Assembly: GCA_963806535.1 (NCBI GenBank) | Contig: CAWDYC010000003.1 | Location: forward strand, 256,001-320,000 | From: Candidatus Bathyarchaeota archaeon | GTDB lineage: Archaea > Thermoproteota > Bathyarchaeia > Bathyarchaeales > Bathycorpusculaceae | Direction: 5' to 3' | Length of the DNA stretch: 64,000 nt | Shown here: positions 1-10,253 of the stretch, piece by piece | Layout: every line of letters starts with the position of its first letter | Numbering within the stretch: position 1 is the first letter of the stretch | Program-made: the position numbers and the translations under genes | Notes under the pieces: generated by a model | The model's database searches: none | What the model was told of the DNA's origin: nothing | Seen by the model: the letters and a program-made list of their open reading frames with translations, nothing else

Positions 1-513
1 TGGAGCGGAAAAGCCTTTCTTCTCTCGAGTTAAGAACTCAAGTTTAACTTTTAACCCTCCGCCATAGCCACCCAATGTAAAATCTGATTTTACAACCCTA
101 TGGCAAGGAATGATGGGCGCAAAAGGGTTTGATGCCATTACATTTCCAACAGCCCTCGGACCACCCCCTACCGCTTTAGCGATTGAGCCATAAGAGGCTA
201 CATAGCCAAGTGGAATCTTGGCAGTTGCCTTAAGTGTTTTTTGAGTGTAAGCAGGTAAACGACTCAAAGCCAAAGGAAAGCTTGCGTTAACATCTTCACC
301 CTCGTAAATGTTTTTGAGAAAGGCAAATATGTCTTTAGCAAACGCAGATGGCTCATGGAAAACTTCGAAAGATATGTTGAATGGGATACTTTTTAAAATG
401 TTACTTAATGTTTCTTGTTGATTTGCATTAAATGAGGAGGCAACAATTTGCTGTTTTGCGCATGCGATGCTAAACCAGATGCCGTCAATGTCCTGAGAAT
501 AAATTTCGATCAT
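1..513 (-). CDS. ogt: Methylated-DNA--protein-cysteine methyltransferase (runs off window start)
   Basis: Manual translation from ATG 513: MIEIYSQDIDGIWF...YGSIAKAVGGGPRAVGNVMASNPFAPIIPCHRVV; PCHRV active site. Confidence 0.93.
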   Translation of the reverse strand, partial: MIEIYSQDIDGIWFSIACAKQQIVASSFNANQQETLSNILKSIPFNISFEVFHEPSAFAKDIFAFLKNIYEGEDVNASFPLALSRLPAYTQKTLKATAKIPLGYVASYGSIAKAVGGGPRAVGNVMASNPFAPIIPCHRVVKSDFTLGGYGGGLKVKLEFLTREKKGFSAP

Positions 514-561
514 CAGCTTCAACCAATACGGCTATTGCCTCTGTAATAACAAAAGGGCATG

Positions 562-732
562 TTAAAAGTTTCTGCGGTACAAACTTGTTTTGCCCGAGCA
601 TTCGGGGCATGTTGCAGTAAGTTTGACATTATCTAACGCTTGTGTGGAGACCAAGAAATTTTTAGCAGAAACAGTTACATACCCAACTGGTTTTCCGCAT
701 TTTTGACACGTCAACTGTTTAGAATCATTCAT
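562..732 (-). CDS. Small zinc-ribbon protein (56 aa)
   Basis: Manual translation MNDSKQLTCQKCGKPVG...TCPECSGK; two CxxC; GGGGTGA SD-like sequence upstream. Confidence 0.65.
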   Translation of the reverse strand: MNDSKQLTCQKCGKPVGYVTVSAKNFLVSTQALDNVKLTATCPECSGKTSLYRRNF

Positions 733-818
733 AGACGACTCACCCCGTCTACCATATAATGGTTATAAGCAACCTTAATAATTTGTTTTGTGTATAACAA
801 CGGGAAAAGGCGAAAATT

Positions 819-1511
819 ATGGAAAATTACGGTCCACAACTACCTCAAATTCCCCAAATCCCACAAATGCCAATGCCACAAGGCCAAGGTCAACAAGAAC
901 AAGCTCAACAAGGTGGCTACGCGTGGATGCCAGGCGCCACTACGGTTGGCATCGTTTTTTCAGACGGAGTAATCTTAGCGGCTGAAAAAAGAGTAACTTA
1001 TGGATATTTCATCATGAGCAAAGGCGGCAAAAAAGTTTTCAAAATAACAGACAGAATCGGCGTTGCCTGCGCAGGACTCGTTGGAGACATGCAAATTCTC
1101 GCCAAAGAAATGGAAGCACAAGCTAATCTTTACAGCATGGACACGGGCAGAAAAATTAGCGTGCGTTCAGCATCTAAACTCACGGCAACTATGCTTTTTA
1201 ACCGCCGATATGCTCCACTTATCACTCAGACAATTGTCGGTGGCTTAGACGAAGACGGCCCATCGCTTTTTGTGCTTGATGTTCTGGGTTCGCTTATACC
1301 TGACAAATACGCAGTTGTTGGTACAGGGACAGAATTAGCGATTGGAGTCATAGAAGAGGGCTACAAAGAAAACATGAATGCACAAGAAGCTAAAGAGCTT
1401 GTTACACGGTCTATAAAATCAGCTGTAAGCAGAGATTCAATGAGCGGTGACGGCATAGACTTTCTAATTATCACTAAAGAAGGCATCACTGAAGACTCCA
1501 TAAAGTTCTAA
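819..1511 (+). CDS. psmB: Proteasome beta subunit with Gln/Pro-rich propeptide
   Basis: GATTVGIVFSDGVILAAEKR, AGLVGD, GTG, SRDSMSGDG motifs. Confidence 0.95.
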   Translation: MENYGPQLPQIPQIPQMPMPQGQGQQEQAQQGGYAWMPGATTVGIVFSDGVILAAEKRVTYGYFIMSKGGKKVFKITDRIGVACAGLVGDMQILAKEMEAQANLYSMDTGRKISVRSASKLTATMLFNRRYAPLITQTIVGGLDEDGPSLFVLDVLGSLIPDKYAVVGTGTELAIGVIEEGYKENMNAQEAKELVTRSIKSAVSRDSMSGDGIDFLIITKEGITEDSIKF

Positions 1512-1589
1512 ACCATTTTCCCTAAATTTCTCTTTAATAAAAAATGATCCAGCAGTGCATATGAGCATTGCCAGAGACGGGGATATGCG

Positions 1590-2213
1590 ATGTCGTTTGA
1601 ACTAACACAAGAAGAAGGAAAATTCTTAATCCAACTTGCCAGAACTACAGTGAAAGAATACTTGGCAAAAGGAAAAAAAATTCTGCCTCCAAAAGAGACA
1701 GCGAAAAAGTTCTTTGAGCACTGCGGAGTTTTCGTTACTATTAACAGTATTAGAAATGGGGAAAAGGAGTTACGCGGCTGCATCGGATACCCTTACCCGA
1801 CAAGTCCACTTGTGGAGGCAGTGATTGATTCCGCCATTAACGCTGCAACAGAGGACCCACGGTTTGAACCCTTATCTGCGGATGAGTTGGACAAAGTTGT
1901 TTTTGAGGTAAGCGTGCTAACGCCTCCAGAGCCTGTACAAGTTGCGAATCCAAAAGAGTACCTAAGTAAAATCAAGGTTGGCGAAGATGGCTTAATTGTT
2001 GAAAGAGGCTACTACAAAGGTTTGCTTCTGCCACAAGTACCTGTTGAATGGGGATGGTGTGAAGAAGAATTTCTTTGCCAATGCTGCGTTAAAGCTGGAA
2101 TTCCACCGGACAGCTGGTTAACAAAAGGCGTTAAAATATACAAGTTTAAAGCGATAGTTTTTGAAGAAGAAACGCCAATGGGTGAAGTAAAACGGGTCCA
2201 ACTCAGCAAATAG
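1590..2213 (+). CDS. AMMECR1-domain protein (TIGR00296 type)
   Basis: GVFVT, LRGCIG, DPRF, GLLLPQV motifs. Confidence 0.93.
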   Translation: MSFELTQEEGKFLIQLARTTVKEYLAKGKKILPPKETAKKFFEHCGVFVTINSIRNGEKELRGCIGYPYPTSPLVEAVIDSAINAATEDPRFEPLSADELDKVVFEVSVLTPPEPVQVANPKEYLSKIKVGEDGLIVERGYYKGLLLPQVPVEWGWCEEEFLCQCCVKAGIPPDSWLTKGVKIYKFKAIVFEEETPMGEVKRVQLSK

Positions 2214-2221
2214 AAAATCAG

Positions 2222-3361
2222 TCAATCTAGCAAAGTTTCAACGATTGTAACTGCCCTGTCTAAACCTTTAAACTTGTTAGAGAACTCGTTTAGGGCAGAC
2301 ACGTTACGGTCATATGATTCTTGATCCTTTTCTAATTTGGCAACTGCCTTTTGCAATTGACTTTTGTTTTTTGCAGTTATTGAGCATTTTAAGTCTTGAA
2401 GTTTAGCAGCGTTGCCCAACTGTTCAGGCTGAGTTGGAATGCAAATGCTCGGTTTTGAATATTTGATTGTTTCAAAACATGTTGCATGTCCACCGCTAAA
2501 AATTACGAATTTAGCGTTTCTCATAGCTTCCTGCCGTTCTTCAGCAGATAGCCATGTGTGAAGTTCGCAGTTTCCAATTTTGGCGCTGACTTTTTTGCCT
2601 GGCGTTCCAAGGCTAATTATGCATTTGGTTTTGAGTTTTTCAAGAACTGGAATAAGCGTTTTTATTAGTTTTCCTCTTGTGCCAGGTGGTCCACTTATGG
2701 GGGCAAAAATGTGGTCATGTGAACCTTTAACAGGTGTTGTATCAACAAAGCCGCCTATGTACTCAACTTTTCCGTTTAATCCCATCTTATCCAAGTTTCC
2801 AATGCTGTACTCAGAGATAGTGTAGGGAGGCGGATTATCGGGAATTATTATTTTTGAACACTGCTTTACATATCGCTCAACAACACGTTCGCCTGGACTT
2901 AAGAAAGCACTAAAACCGTAGCTTGGCCTAATCATGTTAGCTATGTAAACAGAGGGAATTTTCCATCTTTGAGCAAGCCGAAGCGCATTTATGTCGCCGT
3001 CGGCGATAAGAAGGTCAGGCGCTATATCATGAATATTTTCTCTAAGGTCATAGTAACGATGAATAGTTTCCCATGCATTGGAATTTTTTATTTCAAGCCT
3101 ATTTTTCTCCATGTTAAATAATGGAAGAGGAAAAAAAAGGTTAATCAGCGAAGCAGAAGTAATGATGCCATGAGCATTTTCATACCAAGAAATTGGTGTG
3201 CACTTGTAAACATTTCTAAACTCCTTTTGAAGCATTTCATGAGCTTTGCCGCCTGAGAAAAAGAATATTTCATGACCATGCGCCTCGAGCCGTTTACCTA
3301 ATGGTATAATACGGGAAACATGGCCTAAGCCAAGCTCTGAGCAGCTGCATAGGAGTCGCAT
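2222..3361 (-). CDS. GT-B glycosyltransferase, family 28/MJ1255-like
   Basis: GLGHVSR N-terminal motif; SGGHAT...E; PxQxEQxxNA. Confidence 0.85.
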   Translation of the reverse strand: MRLLCSCSELGLGHVSRIIPLGKRLEAHGHEIFFFSGGKAHEMLQKEFRNVYKCTPISWYENAHGIITSASLINLFFPLPLFNMEKNRLEIKNSNAWETIHRYYDLRENIHDIAPDLLIADGDINALRLAQRWKIPSVYIANMIRPSYGFSAFLSPGERVVERYVKQCSKIIIPDNPPPYTISEYSIGNLDKMGLNGKVEYIGGFVDTTPVKGSHDHIFAPISGPPGTRGKLIKTLIPVLEKLKTKCIISLGTPGKKVSAKIGNCELHTWLSAEERQEAMRNAKFVIFSGGHATCFETIKYSKPSICIPTQPEQLGNAAKLQDLKCSITAKNKSQLQKAVAKLEKDQESYDRNVSALNEFSNKFKGLDRAVTIVETLLD

Positions 3362-3454
3362 ATACATACAGATAGTCGGGAATTTATTATAATTATCCCA
3401 TATTACCGCCAAAAAAAGCAAGTAATTTAAGGCTTAAAGGCAACAGTAGAGAGT

Positions 3455-4309
3455 ATGTTTGTTCCACGCAAAATTCTGGAAGAAAAACTCAGACAAATAC
3501 TTGCTGAAGACCTGGGGCAAGGCGACGTAACTGCAGCAGCAATTATTCCAGCAAACTTAACTGTTAAGGCAGTTGTTGTTGCTAAAGAGGAAGGTGTAGT
3601 GGCTGGAATAGAAGAAACAACTGTCCTTGCTGAATATTTAGGATTAAAAGTTAAAGCTAAAGTCGTTGACGGAGACAAAATCAAGAACAAACAGGTTCTA
3701 ATGGAAATTTCTGGTGATGCACAAACAATTCTCGCAGCCGAGAGAACATTGCTTAATCTTCTTTCACGAATGAGCGGAATCGCAACTAAAACGCGAAGCT
3801 TAACTGACAAACTTGAAAAAGCTGGCGTAAAGACGAGAATTGCTGCAACTCGAAAATCAGCTCCAGGCTTGCTTTATTTTGATAAGAAAGCGGTAATAGT
3901 CGGAAGTGGAGATCCGCATAGGTTGCATTTGGATGATATGATTTTGATTAAAGACAATCATTTAGCTATTGTTGGAAGCGTTGAAGAGGCTGTTAAAAAA
4001 GCCAAAGCGAACGCTTCTTTTACCAAAAAAATTGAAGTTGAAGTAACAAAAGCTGAGGATGCAATGAAAGCTGCAAAAGCAGGCGCTGACATAGTTATGC
4101 TGGATAATTTTTCGCCCAAACAGGCTAAAGAAGCAAGTGAAATGTTAAAGAAAGCTGGGTTTGGCGATTTAATTTTGGAAGTGAGCGGTGGAATTACAGG
4201 CGAAACACTGCTGGAGTATGCAGCGGCGCAGGTTGATATCATAAGTATGGGTGAGCTTACTCACAGCGTTAAAGCATTGGACATTAGCTTGGAAATTGTG
4301 AAAAATTAA
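3455..4309 (+). CDS. nadC: Nicotinate-nucleotide pyrophosphorylase
   Basis: EDLGQGDVT, ATRK, HRLHLDDMILIKDNH, MLDNF, SGGI. Confidence 0.96.
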   Translation: MFVPRKILEEKLRQILAEDLGQGDVTAAAIIPANLTVKAVVVAKEEGVVAGIEETTVLAEYLGLKVKAKVVDGDKIKNKQVLMEISGDAQTILAAERTLLNLLSRMSGIATKTRSLTDKLEKAGVKTRIAATRKSAPGLLYFDKKAVIVGSGDPHRLHLDDMILIKDNHLAIVGSVEEAVKKAKANASFTKKIEVEVTKAEDAMKAAKAGADIVMLDNFSPKQAKEASEMLKKAGFGDLILEVSGGITGETLLEYAAAQVDIISMGELTHSVKALDISLEIVKN

Positions 4310-4324
4310 GAAGAGTTATTTGCT

Positions 4325-4877
4325 TTAAATTCCGAGGTTTATTAGCCACACTTCCACTATTGCGCCTACAATAAGTATTCCTGCGCAAATTGCAATTAAG
4401 ATTGCAGTGTTTTTTACTTCAAGCCATCTGTGCTGTAATAACCTTCGGGTCAACCAAATACTCTCCGCGATTGCAATTGAATATGCTGTGAATTCTAGCC
4501 AGAACACAGGAGTTATTACCAAGCTTAGCAAACCTATGGCAACTGGATAACCTTGTACGTGAAGCTATTGCGCCAAGAGCAATGCCAGTGTTGAATAGAA
4601 TCGCAAGCCCTAGTACAGCACCAATTATTGGAATGAACATTAGCAGACAAATTTCGAAGTTGTTTAAGAAAATGTATTCTGTTAAGCTGTTGTTGGCTTT
4701 ATGCTGTGTTGAGAGTTGAGTTTAAAGTGTCACTTATTGTCTGTGCATCTTGTGGCTAAGCGGAATATAACTTCCAATAACTGTAAGAATAAACGCGAGT
4801 ACGAAAATAAAAATTATTGAATAGATTCTTTTTCGTTTTGACGAAGCGTTGCGCCAAAACGATAAATCAAGTTTCAT
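4325..4877 (-). CDS. SpoIIM/DUF95-like membrane protein (frameshifted)
   Basis: Fragments give YIFLNN, FNTG, LEFTAYSIA, GAIVEVWLI; split by indels. Confidence 0.7.
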
Positions 4878-4890
4878 TTAACAGACCTTT

Positions 4891-5595
4891 CTAACTTGTT
4901 GGCTTAATCTTTAAGACACGAAATCCTCGGGCAATGGGATTTAAGCTTTCTGATAATTTAACCTTCGTTAATATATCTTCTGTGTCAATTGCAAAACTAC
5001 GCATATCATGCTCAGCTGCCATTAGTGAGCAAAGATATATTCGGTTCTGCAGTACCGTGGGTTGACACATGTGAGGTAAACCCAGTAAAATGGCTTCTTT
5101 TTCGTCGACCGCTTTCTTGCACACAAACAGAATCGCTTCTGCACCAGCCGTTAACTCTGCAATCCTTACAGCAACACTCTCTTTGCCAATAGCCAACATA
5201 TCCACGTCATGAACCCGTTTGATTTCTCCAGCAATTTTTCTTAATTTTGGCAAAATCTTGAGAATATGTGCTCGCCCAGTTCTTGACGCTCGCGAGTTTA
5301 TGAGCTCAACTGGCGACAACTCTTCAATTGAAATACCGCCAAGCGACATATCCAGATGCACGACATCAGCTTTCATTTTATCAAGCAAACTTCTACAAAG
5401 CTCCGCCTCATGCACAATCACATCAAAACCGTCATTAACTTCCCTAAAAATTGGTTCAGCCAACCGAAAAGAAGGTTCTCTATAAGGAGGATTAACCAGC
5501 ACTGAAACAGAGGCAACGAGGAAAAGCGGCTTAAACTGTTGATCAAGGATTGCAGCTGCAGAATCCGCCGATATAATTCTCAAGAAACTCACCAA
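4891..5595 (-). CDS. DUF4152-like archaeal protein
   Basis: IISADSAAAILD, VVHLDMSLGG, GKESVAVRIAEL resemble DUF4152 as recalled. Confidence 0.7.
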   Translation of the reverse strand: MVSFLRIISADSAAAILDQQFKPLFLVASVSVLVNPPYREPSFRLAEPIFREVNDGFDVIVHEAELCRSLLDKMKADVVHLDMSLGGISIEELSPVELINSRASRTGRAHILKILPKLRKIAGEIKRVHDVDMLAIGKESVAVRIAELTAGAEAILFVCKKAVDEKEAILLGLPHMCQPTVLQNRIYLCSLMAAEHDMRSFAIDTEDILTKVKLSESLNPIARGFRVLKIKPTS

Positions 5596-5621
5596 TCAAA
5601 TAATTTAGCTAAAAGAAGAAA

Positions 5622-6254
5622 TTAGGTTTCCTCTTCACATTTACACTTAGATTTCAAACCTAAAGCTAAAAGATACATTTCTGAACTTTTTTGTCGGCTG
5701 GCCAGTGGTTTCACAATCTTGACTGTTTCAAAAAGTTCTTTTGCTGTAAGAATAAATTCGTTGAACATTTCGCCTTCAAAGAGTTTTACAAAAAAGTTTC
5801 CTTGTGGTCGTAGTACACATTGGGCTATTTCTAAGGCTCTGGTTGCTAAGTCAATTTGTTTTGCTTGATCAACTTCCCAAACGCCAGTTATGTTTGGTGC
5901 CGCATCAGAAACCACCACGTCAGCTTCGCGAGGCAGAAAAGAACGAATTTGATCTATAATATCTGGTTCAGTAAAGTCTGCAATAATTGTTCTTACATAT
6001 TCTTGAGTGAAGGGCTCAATTGGTTTAAGATCAATACCTAAAACGTAACCGTTTTTTCCAGTCATTTTTCTTGCAGCTTGAATCCAGCCACCTGGCGCGG
6101 CTCCTAAATCAACTACAACGTCATTTCTTTTTATAAAACCATATTTCTCGTTGGCTTGTGCTAGCTTGTATGTGGCTCTAGAACGGTAGTTTTCTTCCTT
6201 GGCTTTTTTGTAGTAGTATTCGCGTTTTCTATCTCGGATCCAAGCTTTCGGCAA
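5622..6254 (-). CDS. rlmE: 23S rRNA 2'-O-methyltransferase RlmE/FtsJ
   Basis: YRSRATYKL, DLGAAPGGW, SDAAP, KPLASR..SSEMY; probable TTG start 6254. Confidence 0.95.
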   Translation of the reverse strand: MPKAWIRDRKREYYYKKAKEENYRSRATYKLAQANEKYGFIKRNDVVVDLGAAPGGWIQAARKMTGKNGYVLGIDLKPIEPFTQEYVRTIIADFTEPDIIDQIRSFLPREADVVVSDAAPNITGVWEVDQAKQIDLATRALEIAQCVLRPQGNFFVKLFEGEMFNEFILTAKELFETVKIVKPLASRQKSSEMYLLALGLKSKCKCEEET

Positions 6255-6690
6255 CGGAATCATCCTCTTCTGAGCTTGGCTCGCTTGGTGCCTGTGGTTC
6301 GTTGGGTCCTTCAGGGGCAACAGGAGCAGTAGCAATGGCTTCTTTTCCTAAGCCAAGTATCCAATCGGTAAGTTTCGGGCAGCTTTTTGGAGAAAGCGCG
6401 GTTGTTGGATCACATCTTGCATTGTCCGGACAAAGTAGACAAGGGCAATCAATTATGGTCTCTATTGAAGCAGGAAGCCTTTTTGGATAAAGTCGGTAGG
6501 TCCATCTACCTTCTTGTAATTCTTTTTCTCGACGGATTAACCCTTTTTCTTCTAATTTAATTGAGACACGTGAGCCTTCTCGGCTGCTTGCCCCGAGTTC
6601 ACGCCATAAATCTGATTGGAGCACGCCTTGATAACCCGTATTTACCACATAATGGAGTGCTTTCTGTTCAAGGTCATTACGTTTAGGCAT
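6229..6690 (-). CDS. tfeB: Transcription factor E beta (RPC34-like: winged helix plus Fe-S domain)
   Basis: GVLQSDLW...RWTY winged helix followed by PCLLCP....C...SP..C..L..W cluster motif. Confidence 0.8.
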   Translation of the reverse strand: MPKRNDLEQKALHYVVNTGYQGVLQSDLWRELGASSREGSRVSIKLEEKGLIRREKELQEGRWTYRLYPKRLPASIETIIDCPCLLCPDNARCDPTTALSPKSCPKLTDWILGLGKEAIATAPVAPEGPNEPQAPSEPSSEEDDSVAESLDPR

Positions 6691-6841
6691 CTAATATCAA
6701 TTCCAGATAATACAATTAGAATATAAGCGTTGAATTCAAATAAAAATATGTTTCCTTAGCTGTAGCTGTAGATATATCATCAATTGACCCAGAATTCACA
6801 AAGCCTTTAAGTTTTGAGGGGGGAACTAACTTTTGAGCGAT

Positions 6842-8142
6842 TTGACAGTAAAGACCGAAAAAGACTTGCTGGAATTCGAAAGCGGTAGAAACTGGAAACC
6901 ACATTTACACAGCGAACACACTAAGCGGATTTTCTTTAGGCATTTAGAAAAATATTCGCAATGGGCAAAATGAATCCTGACGAATTGATAAATTTTAAGA
7001 TTGAAGGTTTGAAAGCTGTAGCTACAGAAAAAGAGTTTCAAGCTGAACGGCTATTAGAAAAATATCTGAGAGAATCAGGTATGACTCAATCTGTACAGTT
7101 TGAAGCTAAGAACGCCATAATCAGCTTTTACAAGCATAATTGGCGAAACCTTAACCCTGAATGCGCTAAAGACGTTGAACCACAAGAAGCAAAGATAAGA
7201 ACCCCAAAAATAGAAGATATTCAACTGCTTGAAAGCAACTGCACAACTGCAAGAGATAGAGCATTGACTTGGTTTTTCCCATCAACCAGTTTTAGAGTAG
7301 GAACATTAACCAAGTTGCTGAGAAGTGACCTAAAGCCAACAGGTGACAGCGAAGTTCCTTATTATTTGGAGATTGAAGCTAAGCGGCTTAAAGGTTCTGG
7401 AATCGGCAAATACAAAGGTTTGAAACAAATTACTTTCGTTAACAGCTTTGTTTGGGCTAAAATGATTGATTACTTCGCTGAAGCTGAAAGAAGAGGTTTC
7501 CATCTGATTGAGGATTCACCGCTTTTCATAGGGTACAAAGGTCACTTTACTAAAGAAGAAAGAAAACTTGCAGTTAAACCCAAAAAGGTTAAGGCAATCA
7601 CTGAAGGCGCAATCAATAACACTTATGACAATGCATCGCTTGCAGCATGGAAAGATTTAGAGGAAAAACGCTTTTCTCCACATGACAACCGTGATGTACT
7701 ACAGAATGCTTTAGAAAATGCCAATGTCAACGCTAACATGATAGCTCCAATGCTAGGGCACAAACCTAAAAACGCTGTAGACTTCCATTATTCAAGTCAC
7801 TTATGGCAAGAATTGCTTTTAAAGTATAAACAAGCCTTGCCTTATTTACTGCCTATAACAGTTGAAAAAGTTAAAGCTGAATTAAACGACACAGAAACCG
7901 AATTACATCAAACCAAAAAAGAATTAACCGAAACAAAAGAAGAAGGCAAAAATCAGCAAAATAAAATTAATGCTTTAGAGTCAATTATACTTATGACTAT
8001 GCCCAGAGAACAATTAGAACAATTAGTTAAGGCAAAACTTGAAGCAATGCCAAAATCGGATATATGCATGGCTGTTGAAGAAGGCAAACCACTAAGCGAA
8101 TTAACAAGAGAAGAATTAATTGAAATATACCATAAACTATAA
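6842..8142 (+). CDS. Tyrosine recombinase/integrase with C-terminal coiled coil (frameshift near 6968)
   Basis: Catalytic R (SFRVG), HxxR (HDNR), LGH, Y (FHYS); upstream frame from TTG 6842 (MTVKTEKDLLEF...) joins at an A run. Confidence 0.88.
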
Positions 8143-8563
8143 ACTCTTTTTCTTTAGTTTTTTTATCAATTTATTATTATCTTTTTTGCCTAAGTTATCT
8201 TACTCAAACTCCAACATTAACAATAAATGCTGTACTAAGCTAACACATATGAGGGGTTTGTCTTATCCGTTTATTGTAGGTAGTAGAATAATTTTGTTTT
8301 ATATGTTGGTATTTATATACAGAATTTACTATAGATAATTAACAATATCCGCTTTACCATGATATTTTAATGTGCGCACAAGGCATAAGCATGGACAAAA
8401 TAATCAAGATTCTTGACTATAACGCTGTTATTCCACAAACTCCCGTGCCTGACCTGTACAACAAAAGCCCATACCAGCCACCTTAGCCATAAAACTTGGT
8501 GAAAATAAAATTATGCTTCTTAACAAAAATTGTAAACTTAGTTATTATCAGGTAACTTTGGCA

Positions 8564-9136
8564 CTATTGATTAACTATTACTCTATTGTGTTTTCTGGGA
8601 TTTTTGAGCCATGACCTACCGCATGACCGACAATTCCACATTATACCTTTTGAAGCTACGTTACTACTATTGCATTCTATACAGTTTGGGTTAGTTGTTT
8701 GTGGTTTAATTGCCTCTGTAAACCCTCTCTTTTGCTGTTCAAATTCGTTAAATGCTGTTGGGTAACGCTCTCTCCATAGTTCCTTTAAGAAGTGATAGTT
8801 CGTTAAAATTGCCGTGTATTCTGGGCTACCGTTCAAATCTGCTCTTTCAAATTGAGCGCCTATTTTACATAAAAGCGATAAGTACCGTTCATAATCGCAA
8901 CTGTCAATTAAAAATATTTTAGCAAATTCACGAATAGACGCTTTTTGTTCATCATTTAGGGTTATGTATCGCTCAGGTATTGTTAAATTCGTAAAATCAA
9001 AATCCCTCAGTACCTTTGCGTATTTTGACTCAAATAATTTGAAATATTGTTCACTATCACGGATTTTACTGCTATCAATATCAACGTAACTTTTTAATTC
9101 TGTTTTAAGCCAAACAATCAAATTTTTATCATACAT
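8564..9136 (-). CDS. Element protein with C-terminal zinc ribbon
   Basis: 190-aa ORF; CIECNS...WNCRSCGRSW. Confidence 0.75.
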   Translation of the reverse strand: MYDKNLIVWLKTELKSYVDIDSSKIRDSEQYFKLFESKYAKVLRDFDFTNLTIPERYITLNDEQKASIREFAKIFLIDSCDYERYLSLLCKIGAQFERADLNGSPEYTAILTNYHFLKELWRERYPTAFNEFEQQKRGFTEAIKPQTTNPNCIECNSSNVASKGIMWNCRSCGRSWLKNPRKHNRVIVNQ

Positions 9137-9284
9137 GGTTAATCATCCCATTTTTTCTGCAATCTTCGCAAATTGTTAATTGAACATAATCGTATTGTTC
9201 GCCTTGTCTCCAACTTTTACCGCAAGTAATACAAACCCATAATGTTTTTTGGCTAAGTTGTTTTGTGCAAAGTGAACTAACCAT
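9129..9284 (-). CDS. Small zinc-finger protein (51 aa)
   Basis: Manual: MVSSLCTKQLSQKTLWVCITCGKSW...ICEDCRK; coupled to neighbours. Confidence 0.7.
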   Translation of the reverse strand: MVSSLCTKQLSQKTLWVCITCGKSWRQGEQYDYVQLTICEDCRKNGMINHV

Positions 9285-9437
9285 TTAGGCATCATCCCAG
9301 TTTTTAGTGTTTAAACAGCATAAGCCTGAGCATGAGCAACAAACAAGCGCACCGCAATTTTCGCATTTTAACACAGCTTGATTTTTATTGCATACGCTAC
9401 ATGAGGTAACTGCTTTAACTTCGCATTCGTTAATCAT
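9285..9437 (-). CDS. Small Cys-rich zinc-finger protein (50 aa)
   Basis: Manual: MINECEVKAVTSCSVCNKNQAVLKCENCGALVCCSCSGLCC; ATGA overlap with upstream gene. Confidence 0.7.
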   Translation of the reverse strand: MINECEVKAVTSCSVCNKNQAVLKCENCGALVCCSCSGLCCLNTKNWDDA

Positions 9438-9838
9438 GCTTTAACCTCAATAGCAATCATATCGCCTTTGCGAACATCAAGCCCAGAATAACTTTTAGCA
9501 AAACGATTATTACAACAAAAACATCTGTAAATTTCTTTATAACCAATTTTCTTTTCTAATTCTGTGTGGTCATGGTTGCAAATTGGGCATTTAATAGGTT
9601 TAATAAAATACGCTGGGTTAACTTCAATATTTGATTTAGTAGTTTGTTCTATTGCCCGTTTGTATTTCAGTTTATTTTTAAAAAGGTAATTAGCGTTACA
9701 TTGTGGTGAGCAAAAATAACTGTTTTTTCGTTTTGCTTCAAACGGTTTATTGCAATTTTTGCATGGCTTCATTTCAACCATAATAGTTTTAGGCAACCAA
9801 ACTTTTTGGTGATTAGTGCATTTTTCGTATTTACTCAT
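9434..9838 (-). CDS. Multi zinc-finger protein
   Basis: CKNC...FCSPQC (TRASH/MYM-like) and CPIC...CFCC. Confidence 0.75.
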   Translation of the reverse strand: MSKYEKCTNHQKVWLPKTIMVEMKPCKNCNKPFEAKRKNSYFCSPQCNANYLFKNKLKYKRAIEQTTKSNIEVNPAYFIKPIKCPICNHDHTELEKKIGYKEIYRCFCCNNRFAKSYSGLDVRKGDMIAIEVKA

Positions 9839-9865
9839 TAATCAAAACCCCGTATGTGTCGAATG

Positions 9866-10253
9866 CTGTTTGAAGGCTGGGCAAACTCGTAAGGTCATGG
9901 TGTAACCTAAAATTAGCCCAGCCAAAACAGACCGTTTCCCAGCATTGAGTTGATACCCTAAACAAAGCTGGGTAACTATGAAGTAGGCTTGCACCAAAAG
10001 CCGAAACTTTGAAGGTGTAAGCCATCATCCCCGTGTGAGATGACTTGGAAATTCGCCCAGCTACAGAATATGCAAAGAAAAGATGAGTAAACCTTGCATT
10101 GGTGAATTTTTCTATAGCTGGGCATATGGGCATTTTTGTTAGCTCCCTAAAGATTTTGGCTGTAAGCTATTTGACCGTAACTAAAGCCTTCTGACTCGCT
10201 GTAAGACGCTTTTCCGCAATAAATCAAATAATTGCCTTTAGCTTCAAGGTCTT
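9866..10253. ncRNA. Candidate structured non-coding tract (six consecutive hairpins); RNA or ssDNA unresolved
   Basis: Stems GGCTGGGC/GCCCAGCC, CCCAGC/GCTGGG, GGCTTGCACC/GGTGTAAGCC, TCATC/GATGA, GCCCAGCTA/TAGCTGGGC, TATTTGA/TCAAATA. Confidence 0.5.

Noticed and set aside
819-935. Gln/Pro-rich repeat at the psmB start
   Set aside because: Low-complexity cleavable propeptide, ordinary for proteasome beta subunits
9831-10133. 100-aa ORF over the hairpin tract
   Set aside because: No motif, and composition unlike neighbouring genes; probably incidental to the structured DNA
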